From NCBI GenBank assembly GCA_032718475.1, contig JAUCBJ010001630.1, positions 1 through 54,753 of the forward strand: a stretch of DNA of 54,753 nt, given 5' to 3'. This document shows, piece by piece, positions 1 to 11,498 of the stretch (its first letter is position 1; the number at the start of each line of letters is the position of its first letter). This DNA is from Nemertoderma westbladi. Taxonomy: Eukaryota; Animalia; Xenacoelomorpha. Under the pieces are notes generated by a model that saw nothing but the letters and a program-made list of their open reading frames with translations, was not told where the DNA came from and ran no database searches. A program made the translations under genes and the position numbers.

Positions 1-2
1 GG

Positions 3-410
3 CAGCAGACACTGATTGATTCTTTGAGAAAGCTGAAAGCGTGCAGTGCCAGCGTTATATTAACAGATTCAACGGCTTCTTCCAATGGAGACACGAGACA
101 CCAACAACCAATAACCGAAAGTAACGGACCGATAATTTCTTCTTGCATGATTGCCGACGACCCATTGCCCATCCACCCCGACCTGCCGACCGAGCTCTCG
201 GTACGGGTATCCCCGCCAAAAACAACCAAGTCTCTATCCGCCTCGAGAAAACGAGAAACTCGATCGACCCAATTCGATTTAGGGCCTATCGAATTGGAAT
301 TGGACTCCCACTTTCGCGCCGCAAAGAATGTAATCCTGTCATCTGGTGCGATACACGTTGTCAGACGCAGCCGTTCAGCCCTCCCCCAAGGCGATCCGGT
401 CCGCCGCTAA
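3..410 (+). CDS. Possible 3' coding exon of a host gene (Ser/Pro/Thr-rich, unrecognised)
   Basis: GC-richer segment open from position 3 (QQTLIDSLRKLKAC...) to a stop at 410; no domain recognised. Confidence 0.2.
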   Translation, partial: QQTLIDSLRKLKACSASVILTDSTASSNGDTRHQQPITESNGPIISSCMIADDPLPIHPDLPTELSVRVSPPKTTKSLSASRKRETRSTQFDLGPIELELDSHFRAAKNVILSSGAIHVVRRSRSALPQGDPVRR

Positions 411-2228
411 ACCCAGATCGCATCGCATTCCTCGTCGACGTCGACATAAGTCTGACTCTTCCCGCCGCACTCCGTGCTCGGAGTATGGAGTAAGAAACTC
501 GGCAGCGGCCCGCATTACGATCCGACTGACCCCGTGTAGAAAATATAATCAAACATTACTGCTTTCATTGCTGCATTGAACACAACTACCGGTACGCAAA
601 ATACTGCAATCTATAAACCCAGATACCTGCTACCGGTAGGCCTACTGGTAAAAGCAGTACAGCAGTGTTTTATGTGAAGTAAATAATCTTAATTTAGCGA
701 CATCTTATAAGCAACTAAATTTATAATGTATGAAAAGACCAAATGAAATTCAATATTAATTTTCACCTGTTTGCATGGATGGTTGTTTTTAGATTATATT
801 TCATTTGGCGGTCCAGTTCGGTCCAGTTCGCCACTCTTTCGATCCAGTTCGGTCCAGATTCGAGTACAGAACTATCCGTATCAAACATTGTTGAACATTT
901 AATAAATTACATACTGAACTCATTACACTTTCTTTCAGTTACTGAAATATGACAAAACTGGTGCTAAATCGTGTAGTTTTGTAGCGAGAAGAGACTGCAC
1001 GAATTAGAAATCATATACAATCCTATCGAACTCATTCGCTAGAGTTTCTTTCTCTAATTGTCTTCTGGGTATATTCTTTGTTTTCAATTTGTTCATATTA
1101 CGCTCTATACTTGCCGCTATCTCATACATAGAAAATTGCATCTGTCAAAACTGTGTTATGTATTCCGTTTTGCTAAATAGCGGTGTTTCGCTAAGTTCAG
1201 TGACAACATTTCTTCCTCTCAAAGTTATATCGCTTATCATTATTAATTTTAATTCTATTTTTTTACGTCGATCCCGAAACTTACCCATTATTATCTGAAT
1301 AGTAGACCTATGACATCTACTGTATAGGCCCTATGATTTGAAGTATTACTAAATTACAGAAGTATTTTAAATTTTGATTTTCTTTAATGAAATTCTAATT
1401 TTATCAATTTCTAGAGTTTCAGGTTTCTAGAACAGAGTTGGCAATTATAACAATAATTTTAATTTATACTTTTTAATTTTTACTTAAAATAATGTTCAAT
1501 ATTCTTGACAATTTTTAAATGGTAGGCCTAGGCATAGCTAATGTTTTTAAAAAGACGAACATTTGTTGACAGTATACAATATAATGTTTAGTAATTAGCA
1601 ATTTGTGGTATTACAGTAATATAAAGCCTGCTCACCCCCCGCGATCAGCTGATTAAAGAAGTTAATTTTGAATAAAATATTATTATTGTTAAAAATAACA
1701 TTATTTACCGCTCAGTCAATGGGCTACCGTAAATGGGGATTATTGCACTTGAATCAGTCAACTTTGTACTGTAATAAATACTAGGCCTATTCTTAGGCAT
1801 TTTATTCATTTAATAAGTAGCTACGACTAGAAAAATGGCATAAAGTAATTAATAATCTTCAAATAATTAATTTTGTTCCAGAATATTGTGGATTTTATTA
1901 AATATAATAAATGGCCTGCCCTACAGGCTGTAACGGATGCAAATACTGTACCTACACTTTTTCAACGACCATATATCAGCTATTTCTCAATGACATTAAT
2001 AGTTATTTACAAATTTGGAATCCTTACAATGACATATTTCCTTTGGTATCAACAAATCACAATAAGCTGATAAGTACGAAGAATAAACTGTGGTGCAACT
2101 AGTGCAATGTTTAATCACTTATCAAACAAGGATACGTATATTTTAATAATTATATTACAGTAATTAGGATGATTTTCACAATAAAATAACATATTGTATG
2201 ATAAATAAAACACGTCATATACAGTACC

Positions 2229-2600
2229 AGTAGTAGGGTCTTGGCCGGCCCGGTGACAGTTAGACCTCACTGACACCCATTGGGTGTCATATAACACCCT
2301 ATTATCACCCATAGGGTGTCATTGGCGCCAGACTGTCTGGGTGAAACCTCCTAATTAGGCTAATTAGACACTAATTGACAGGTGTCATCAATTAATTAGT
2401 ACAATTTAACCCTAATAGGTGTCTTACGACTCCTAATTAGGGTTTAATTGATTATCCTAATTAATCAGACTGATTAGCGCCCTGACACACAATGGGTCAT
2501 CAGTGTTGTCTAACTGTCACCTAGAGGACCAAGAGGGTGTTATAAGTGACACCGCAGCTCTTTTATTTATTAATACCTATTTATTTGTATTTAATTTAAA
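2229..2600 (+). repeat. Maverick-like terminal block (AGTAGTAGGG start), copy 1
   Basis: Starts AGTAGTAGGGTCTTGG; ~370 bp recur in direct orientation at 23417-23790; rich in short palindromes (TGACAC/GTGTCA, TAATTA). Confidence 0.5.
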
Positions 2601-3090
2601 TTTATTTATTTGTATTTATTTAATTGTACTTTATTTTAGATTTACCAATAATTAGTTTTATATATTGGTTTCTATATGACCTCATTGACTTTCATCTCGT
2701 TATACTTAGACATAGGGTATACAACTCCATTACTGGTAACTAATTACTCTTATCTATATCCAGACAGCTTTATCGTTGACCTTTGACCCCCAATTAGCTT
2801 TAACGAAGCAACAGCTTATTAATAATAGTTGTATCCAAGCGCCCCGCCCCCCTCTCGTGACACCTCTGATTACTAATTACTCTTACCTATATCCAGCCGT
2901 CTGCAGTTCCATAGTCTGCCGCTAGAGGGCGTATTATCTGAAAATTAACATCTTCTCTAACTTTTTTATTTTCATTCGGAATAGGTTTAAACTCGGTAGG
3001 CATCTACTACGGCATAGGCCATATCTTTTGCGGAGTCATAGAGTAGTCTGAAGTTCCCTGCCTCAGTGAGGCATAGTCTATGCCTCAATG
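2565..3090 (+). repeat. Dispersed block duplicated at ~21574-22020 (that copy has internal deletions)
   Basis: Shared sequence e.g. TTGACCTTTGACCCCCAATTAGC...CTGCCGCTAGAGGGCG...GAAGTTCCCTGCCTCAG. Confidence 0.85.
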
Positions 3091-3682
3091 CTCTGAGGCA
3101 TAGACTATGCCTCACTGAGGCATAGACTATGCCTCACTGACGCATAGACTATGCCTCACTGAGGCACTGAGGCATAGACTATGCCTCACTGAGGCATTGA
3201 GGCATAGGCTATGCCTCACTGAGGCATAGACTATGCCTCACTGACGCATAGACTATGCCTCACTGAGGCACTGAGGCATAGACTATGACTCACTGAGGCA
3301 TAGACTATGCATCACTGAGGCATAGACTATGCCTCACTGAGGCAATGAGGCATAGACTATGACTCACTGAGGCATAGACTATGCCTCACTGAGGCATAGA
3401 CTATGCCTCACTGATGCCTCACTGAGGCACTGAGGCATAGACTATGACTCACTGAGGCATAGACTATGCCTCACTGAGGCATAGACTATGCCTCACTGAG
3501 GCACTGGGGCATAGACTATGCCTCACTGAGGCACTGAGGCATAGACTATGCCTCTCTGAGGCACTGAGGCATAGACTATGACTCACTGAGGCATAGACTA
3601 TGCCTCACTGAGGCACTGAGGCATAGACTATGCCTCAGTGAGGCATAGTCTATGCCTCAGTGAGGCATGGTCTATGCCTCAC
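3057..3682. repeat. Palindromic 22-bp satellite (TGAGGCATAG-A/T-CTATGCCTCA-C/G) with extra 8-bp CTGAGGCA units
   Basis: Direct reading of the tandem array. Confidence 0.95.
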
Positions 3683-3894
3683 TTCAATATACGAGCACAA
3701 AAGAGTTTACAAGCACAGGTTCAAATCCAACTAAAGCTCTATATATTTTGCATTGAAGTGGAATACTTTAGATGGTGGGGGTATCTGGTTTGCGAGGGAT
3801 ATTTGAATGGTGAGTATAACTATCCTTGAGAGTTAGATTGACGTTATCTCACCATGGATGGGCGGACGCTTTACCACTGTACTCGCATCTGCTC

Positions 3895-3997
3895 TCTCAT
3901 TGGCTGTCTAACTTTCCTCCCTCGAGTCCTGATTGGCTGCCTAACTCACCCTCGCACTCTGATTGGATAACCCATTCTAGCCTCCCTCTATAATAGC
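3895..3997 (+). promoter_or_regulatory. Putative Pol II promoter of the ZnF/acidic ORF: three inverted CCAAT boxes (ATTGG) and a TATA-like CTATAATAG
   Basis: ATTGG near 3899, 3932, 3962 at ~31-bp spacing, TATA-like element near 3988, ATG at 4137. Confidence 0.4.
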
Positions 3998-4136
3998 CCC
4001 CGTTCAACGCATCCCCAGTCATTCTCTAAGTTTTATATTAAAAAGTTGTATTTATTTTCATAAAAGTTTTATTTATTTAAATTTTTGTAAAATCATTTAG
4101 CTAAAATTCAATAATATCAATTGACATTGCTATATA

Positions 4137-5332
4137 ATGCATAGACATGAAAGTTGTTTGGTTTGTAATAAAGAAATGAGACAAGACAATTTATCTCTTC
4201 ATATGGAAACACATAGAAAGGAAAAACTAATGGCTCCGTTACCAAAAAAATGTAAAAAATCCGAAGATATTTTTAGTGAAGATGAAAAGAAAAAGAGAGA
4301 TGAGCGTGATATATTAAATATAAAACAGACAATGGAATATAAACTTCATAAAGTTATGAATATTTTGAAAGGGATACAAAAACAGTTACCCCTAGAAAAT
4401 GAGGAAAATTTGAGTGAGAAAGATGGAGAAGAAGAAGATGATGAGATGGAGAATGAAAATAGTAAGGGTCAGGATGAAGTTGAAGAGAGTGAAGTTGAGA
4501 ACGAAGAAAGTGAAGATCAGGAAGACCAGGAAGAGGATGAAGAAAGTGAAGGTCAAGAAGAGGGTGAAGATAGCGAAGGCCAGGAAGAGAATGAAGAAAG
4601 TGAAGAACAGGAAGAGGATGAAGAAAGTGAAGAACAGGAAGATGATGAAGAAAGTGAAGGTGGGGAAGAGGATGAAGAAAGTGAAGGTCAAGAAGAGGGT
4701 GGAGATAGCGAAGGTCAGGAAGAGAATGAAGAAAGTGAAGAACAGGAAGAGGATGAAGAAAGTGAAGAACAGGAAGAGGATGAAGAAAGTGAAGGCGGGG
4801 AAGAGGATGAAGAAAGTGAAGGTCAGAAAGAGGGTGAAGAAAGTGAAGATCAGGAAAGTGGAGAAGAGGATGAAAATGATGATAATGAGGAAATAAAGAG
4901 GCAATTACTTGGAAATAAGAATCAATTGCGGAAAATTATTAAACATTTGAAGGAAAATGAAGAAAATAAAGAGGCGCATTGACCCAAGTTCTAGGAAGTA
5001 AAATTAAATTACAGAAATTTATTAAACATTTAGAAGAGAATGATGAAAATAAAGAAGAGATATTGAGACAAATATTCGGAAACAAAAATCAAATGCGGAA
5101 ATTTATTAAACAAATGGAAGAAAATGAGGAAAATAGAGAAGAGATATTAAGACAGGTCCTGGGAAATAAAAGTAAATTACTGAAAATTAAAGAACAATTG
5201 AATAAAATTAAGAAACAGTTGGTTAATGAGGAAGATGAAAGTAAAGTAAATCAACCAGCTTTTACTAATTTTCGAAGACCTATGAAAAAAAACTCTCGTT
5301 CAGTATATGCCCGCGCAGGACGACGCTATTGA
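4137..5332 (+). pseudogene. C2H2-zinc-finger / Glu-Asp-rich protein, frameshifted near 4980
   Basis: CLVCNKEMRQDNLSLHMETH finger, 10-aa EEQEEDEESE repeats, ILRQxxGNK repeats; ORFs 4137-4982 and 4979-5332 together match the intact copy at 24669-25718. Confidence 0.85.
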
Positions 5333-5858
5333 CATTTGTTTGTTTGAGTTCTTTTCATAATAGTATTAGGGCTATTTATCCAAAACAATTATATTAGTAT
5401 TAGGACTATTTATCCCTAACAATTATATTAGTATTAGGACTATTCATCCATAATAATTATATTAGTATTATAAATGTATTTACCCCACAATATTTATTAC
5501 TATTAGGTCTATTTATTCAAGAAATTATATGTTTTTATAATATACTTTGGAAAATTGGTCGTCTAAGTCATAATTTTTAAAACTTTAAATAAGGGTTGAG
5601 TTATTTTATAAGGGTTGAGTTATTTTAAAAAGTTAAGAAGAGTGAATCAATGGAGGCAACCTGAAGTCTAATCTCTTGGCCTTTACTCACATTAACTCCC
5701 AAGGTTGCATACTATCACTGTAGCTGGGAGAGTCAAAGCTAGTGTACACTAGAGTCAGCCTAGAGCTAGGAAAAAGAGTAATGCTCTTCTAGGGTTCGAA
5801 CTCACGACCTTCTAATTAGAAAACTAAGCAAATGATCAGATTGAAAGCCTTAGACCCT

Positions 5859-5958
5859 TATGAGTCATAGTCTATGCATCAGTGCCTCAGTGAGGCATAG
5901 TCTATGCCTCAGTGCCTCAGTGAGGCATAGTTTAAGCCTCAGTGAGGCATAGTCTATG
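5859..5958. repeat. Palindromic 22-bp satellite, left part of the array split by the BEL insertion (continues 21343-21575)
   Basis: AGTGAGGCATAGTCTATG abuts the LTR and CTATGCCTCAG resumes at 21343. Confidence 0.9.
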
Positions 5959-7125
5959 TGTTCGCGCTTTTAAGACCTGTGGCAGTTTAACCCGCCAAAT
6001 CTATATGTCTTCTAGGTTATAAATCGACTTTAGCCTATGACAAGTATTTGACACAAATAAATCCAACATTAGCCGAAGCCAGTCTATGCGCGACCATTCA
6101 CCCGCTGGATATACACGGGAGACTGGATTCGGATGCTTTAATTTGATTGCGGTGCAGGCCTACCGTACTATTCGATTGATCGTTAATATATAATCCCTGA
6201 CAAATATCATTCACTTTCGGGAAATATTAGCAGTTCCTTTAGGACGTGGCGCTCTATCTATATAAACAGAGCTATGGCTTACACTAAACACAACGGAATG
6301 GATTATAAGTTACACATAAGGCGCATTCTTTAGGAGATGCTTTGTTACGCGGACAAGCACATACAGACTATTGCACACCGCTGCACACTGAATTGCCGAT
6401 AGTCACTGATTTTAATCATATATAAAGAGAATAGCAACCGACATTTGTAGGGCCTATAAAATAGCATTCAATTCACTACAAACCACGATAATATAAGTCG
6501 CAATTGCTATATGTAACCGGTCTCTCTAACCTTAGTGTATCAAGAAGATCGGGGTTTCTGATCGTTTATCGTTATTCTCCAAATAACAATATGTAAACAA
6601 CTGATACAATTAATAACAAACAGTAAATAGCAGTAAATAATGTGCAATACAGCAGTAGGTACCGTACCGTACCGTACCGTACCGGTAACAGTTATGTGTT
6701 CTTATAATTAAAGCCGTTCTAATGTTGGAATAATTCAGAATAATTCCATAGCCGATGTTCTAGGCTCTGGAAAAACCAACACACTGAACCCTGTGAGCTG
6801 TTGCAGGTAGCTTTCAACACAAAGAGGAAAAGCTCTCATTGGCAGAGCTCCATATTCCACAGATTCCACGAATGTCTAAATGCCGAACTATTCGGGTTTT
6901 TGCAGCCCTTAGCCAACACACAGGATGAATCACTCTGCTTGGTTGACCTTGCTCTGGTTGGTGGATCGAACAGAACAAAGAGGCCATACGTACAGCAAAT
7001 CAGCCAATCAGCCGGTAGCTTGCATCATTTGAGTTAGGGAGTTTTTCTTTAGAGTATTTGAGCGCATTGAGGGAAACTGGATTGCGAAGCAAAAGGGCCA
7101 GTTATATCCCACAAAAGCTTTTACA
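5959..7125 (-). repeat. 3' LTR of BEL element (1167 bp)
   Basis: TGTTCGCG...TTTTACA; I found only about 3 substitutions and one 1-nt indel versus 20177-21342. Confidence 0.95.
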
Positions 7126-7135
7126 CCGCTCCCAG
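7126..7135 (-). other. Short polypurine tract-like sequence (GGGAGCGG) next to the 3' LTR
   Basis: Minus strand reads CTGGGAGCGG|TGTAA. Confidence 0.55.
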
Positions 7136-7329
7136 AAAATGGGATTTAATTCTATAAAATATAAAAAATCACAGTTTCTAAAATATAAAAATACTCTAAA
7201 CAGTTAGTCTTTCTTGCGTGGACGGCGTTTACGCAGTATTTTAAAGCTAGCAAGAGTCCTTTTCTCTTTGGGGGGAGCCACTTTACTAGGAGGGCTATAA
7301 CTCCTGGGTGAAGGGTGCAATATGATTGC

Positions 7330-8747
7330 ATCAGAAGGTGTAGGATTATGGTCGGGGTATCCGCCGTTTCGATATGCTTCTCCTCGAGCTGATTTTCCTC
7401 CGCTCGTAGCTGGATACGTTCATCCAAAAACTCTTGCAGAGAATAGGGTCGTCCAAGTTCGATAACTTCTTAGAGATTCTGGATTTCACGATCGAACTGA
7501 GATAAAGTTACTTTGTTTACCGCTTGGACTTGCTAGTGCAATTTACGTTTATCTGAACAAGTGTAAGTTCCTTTTCTGATCTTTGTAGAATAGCGTCTAA
7601 CTCATTTGGTACAACGCTCTCCGCCACTTTGGTGACAGGTTATATCGTGTTAAGCCGGGACGATGGTAAGGGTTAAACGGCGATATTAAATGTCCGCGTC
7701 CCAATCCGGCTAGGTAGGATGGGCTAATATCTAGGAAGCCCACAACCGGGGTGCCACCGACTATTCAGGTAACACTAGATCTTTGAACAGTGAGTATAGC
7801 TCGGGAGGATCCGTCATACTAATAGGATCAAGAGTCTGAGGTCTCACTAGGGAATGAGGAGGTCTGATCGAGTATTCCGAAACTCTGATCATTGGTTTAT
7901 TTAAGGATTGTCTGAGTCAAACGAGCGTAGGTGATACGTCAAACAAATTTCGCTCGAAACTCCCGCAAGTATAGCGAGTAAAACCGTGTTTAGTGCAACG
8001 TCTCCGCGGATGTTTGTGTCTTTCAGTTTGTTGGTTGGGTCTAGGGCATTCATCGCAATAATACCAAAGACGCACGTCTTGTAGGGGAAACGCGAGTGAT
8101 CTTTCTCCAGCTTACAATATTCCTCCATCTGTTCGAAGCTATCCGGTACAACAGGTAGCGGTCGATCGGCGGTAAGATACATCATAGTGGAATAGAGCCG
8201 TTTGAGTTCTACCATGCGTTCATGATATATACCTTGAGGATATCGAGTTTCTAGATTCTGTTGACTGGTAATATCGAGATATGTTTCTCCCAAGAATTCC
8301 AGATATTTTAGTGAAGTCGCTGCGTTTATCCGGCTCTTCAACATCTTCACTTTCGAGTCGGTTTCGAATAGAATTTTCGTGTTCGAGTCTCAGTTTATCG
8401 TTCCGCTTCCGCTGGGTATGATATTTAAATAAAACCATTTCCCATTTGGTGTCTATATCGTTCGTATCGTGTAGGTCGATAGGATGACCAGTAGTTAAGA
8501 AGTCCATATACGTACCATTTACGACGCGCACAGCGAGCGGTGAATTTTCTACAGACCAACCCACGCGCAAGTTGCTCCCGGGACATTGGCGGTTAGATAT
8601 AACGACCATCGTCCTCCGTAGTAGTTGGACCAGCGTCGCCGCGTATCAAGCTATCAACAAACGCTTGTAAAGGTAGAGTATATCGCTCCCTGATACCAAG
8701 ATCATCTTCTATCAACTCAATCATATCTGCTATATAAGTTTATCCAT
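7330..8747 (-). pseudogene. Decayed extra ORF in the env position of the BEL element, unknown function
   Basis: Pieces 8220-8609, 7901-8350 and the 5' part of 7152-7427 join by frameshifts; homologous pieces lie at 47660-48745 in the second BEL copy. Confidence 0.65.
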
Positions 8748-9317
8748 ATTATAATGAGTTTATATTTAGGCGAGCGGGCGTCGCTGCCTACCCCTCTCTG
8801 CCCCCGGACAGTGCGAGATCCTCAGCGCTGGTGTACTTTCGCCGATGTGCCTATCGCCAACGTCGTAGCTGCACAACGACTACAACAACCAGCACGAGTC
8901 ACTCCACCATCCGTCCCAAAGGCTTAGATATACTTCAGGTTCTTACTGGAGAGTTAGGGCTACTTTCACAATTGCGACTCGCTACTGTAAACACACCTTA
9001 GTAGTAACATTCATCTACAAACGCACAAATTCCACGTAACTGTCACAAATGGTACACATTCTATCACACATTCGGGTCATTTGTCTGTTAGTCAAGTGCC
9101 TTCCAGAATGTCACGTTGTTATTATGTATCCTTGGATACTAGCGGTGTGCTATTTATTCCGTATGCTATTCAATGAGCAAGCTTTTTATTGTTCTGTTAA
9201 CTCGCTTCTAATTCTAGCGTGGTTGTTGCTATGGTGACATTATGGAAAGCTAGCGGTAGAATTAGGGTAATTCCCATGCATACAGATCTGGGATGCTATT
9301 TAATAGTAAGTCTTTAA

Positions 9318-10447
9318 GGGGGGGGGTAGCGCATTTTCTGACCAAAAAGTCGAATTTTTGAAACATATCCTATCTGATGCAGAATTTCATGCTGAATCCA
9401 AATATGGAAACCGTTTTCCTATATCTTGCTTACTTTTCGAGATATCTGGGATAGAAGATACTGGCTCCGATATATTGCGATATCGGTAAGGCGATAAAGT
9501 TTGGGGTTTGCATTCAATTTCTGCAAATTTCTGTGCTCAGTGGTGCTAATTGGATGTCTCCACGAGAAAGAGCACAAAATTTTAATTGAGAAGGTATTTT
9601 TTTTTATGATTATTGGACCTACTGATCAGTTTATAAGACAACTTCATGTCTACGGAATGAAGACGGGACTCGAATAAGCGACTCTGCGGTCTTTGCGGGA
9701 TTACACGGAATAGACTTATCGGTCATCGGAGATCTTCAAAATGTATAATCTCCAGTTCTAGTGGTCGTACGGAGTTCGTTTAGGGCTCATTCGAAAGCTC
9801 TTTTCTCAGAGACCAAAGTTACCATTTGGTTTGGCAAACTCTTGAAAGCTGCCTGAGCAATCATAACTTGAACAAAATTTGCAAGGCATATTTTACCAAA
9901 ATTTATGTTATGTTGCTTTAGAACCATTTTGTCTTAAATCAAATGGTAACTTTGTTCTCTAAGAAAAGAGCTTTCGAATGAGCCTAAAACGAACTTCGTA
10001 CGACCACTAGAACTGGAGATTATACATTTTGAAGATCTCCGATGACCGATAAGTCTATTCCGTGTAATCCCGCAAAGATCGCAGAGTCGCTTATTCGAGT
10101 CCCGTCTTCATTCCGTAGACATGAAGTTGTCTTATAAACCGATCAGTAGGTCCAATAATCATAAAAAAATACTTTCTCAATTAAAATTTTGTGCTCTTTC
10201 TCGTGGAGACATCCAATTGGCACCAATGGGCACAGAAATTTGCAGAAATTGAATGCAAACCCCAAACTTCATCGCCTTACTGATATTGCAATATATCGGA
10301 GCCAGTATCTTCTATGCCAGATATCTCGAAAACTAAGCAAGATATGGGAAAACGGTTTCCATATTTGGATTCAGCATAAAATTCTGCATCAGATAGGATA
10401 TGTTTCAAAAATTCGTCTTTTTGGTCAGAAAATGCGCTACCCCCCCC
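9318..10447. mobile_element. Foldback MITE with ~510-bp TIRs and TTAA TSD (Kolobok-like GG termini)
   Basis: TTAA|GGGGGGGGGTAGCGCATTTTCTGACC ... GGTCAGAAAATGCGCTACCCCCCCC|TTAA; arms ~9318-9830 and ~9937-10447; no transposase. Confidence 0.85.
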
Positions 10448-11498
10448 TTAATGGTCAATATCATCTTTATATATGATTTTATGAATTTTATCGGCTATTG
10501 ACTCTATATTGGAGATTCTCGCACACTAATACACTTAATAGGTGAATCTCCGCTCCCATGATCTATTAATTAATGGAATTTTGGGAATATTATAAATTGT
10601 ATAAAATAACAATTTATCAAATTCATTAAAAGATGAATTTAAATTTATTCCCGTAATTTTATTATTTAATATTAAATAGACACAATTTTATTCCAGAACA
10701 AGTCTGGGGACTGGGATCCTTGATTCTAGGGATTTGTCCTTTTAAGAGTATCGGTAAGTTAATCGATATCTTAATCGACTAGAATGTTAAAGGATCTGAA
10801 ATTTGACAGATTTTGTAAATATTAATAATTAATATTTAGGATGGGCACCGGTTTATTCCAGAACATGTCTGGGGACGTTAACCACTGATTCTAGAAATTT
10901 GTCTTTCAAGTATATCGGTGGGTGCCACGATATGTTAATCGACTAGAATTGCAGATGGTCAAAGGGTTTAACAGATTTATTTTGCGTTTTACGCTACTGT
11001 TAAAGGGACATCACGCTACTATATGTATTATTCAATATACGGTATGAGAGCAATATCGCACGAAGCAATGTCAGTGTGAAGAGGCAAGTCGTTTCCAAGG
11101 TCTACCCAGAGCTTGGTTTAGCCGAGACACGAGGATCTGAACTTTGCATTCCTAATACTCTGCTTACAAATAATACTTAAATATAGTAGGAGCTTTATTG
11201 TACTTTAATAAGTACGGATATTTCTCATCTTACTGTAGTCACGTATTTATAATATGATACGGACAGTAAGGAAAGAGAACAAGAATTATTTCTCGCCGTC
11301 GCACTAAATATAATATATAAGTAATTAAGTAATAAACACTAATATATTGCACTAATCTACTCAATAATCGCTAAATAACATTTGACTAAAAAAAATTAAA
11401 GAAAACGATTATAATAAAATTACATAATAATACATACATAATATAAAATAATAAAATAAATATAAAATAATATAGTCACAAACCCACTCCATATGTTG

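Noticed and set aside
4392-4904. Phe-rich antisense and Lys-rich alternate-frame ORFs (also 24924-25373, 27180-27629)
   Set aside because: Shadows of the GAA-rich acidic tract
6801-7037. 78-aa ORF repeated at 21018-21254
   Set aside because: Identical only because it lies in the LTRs; antisense, TTG start, no motif
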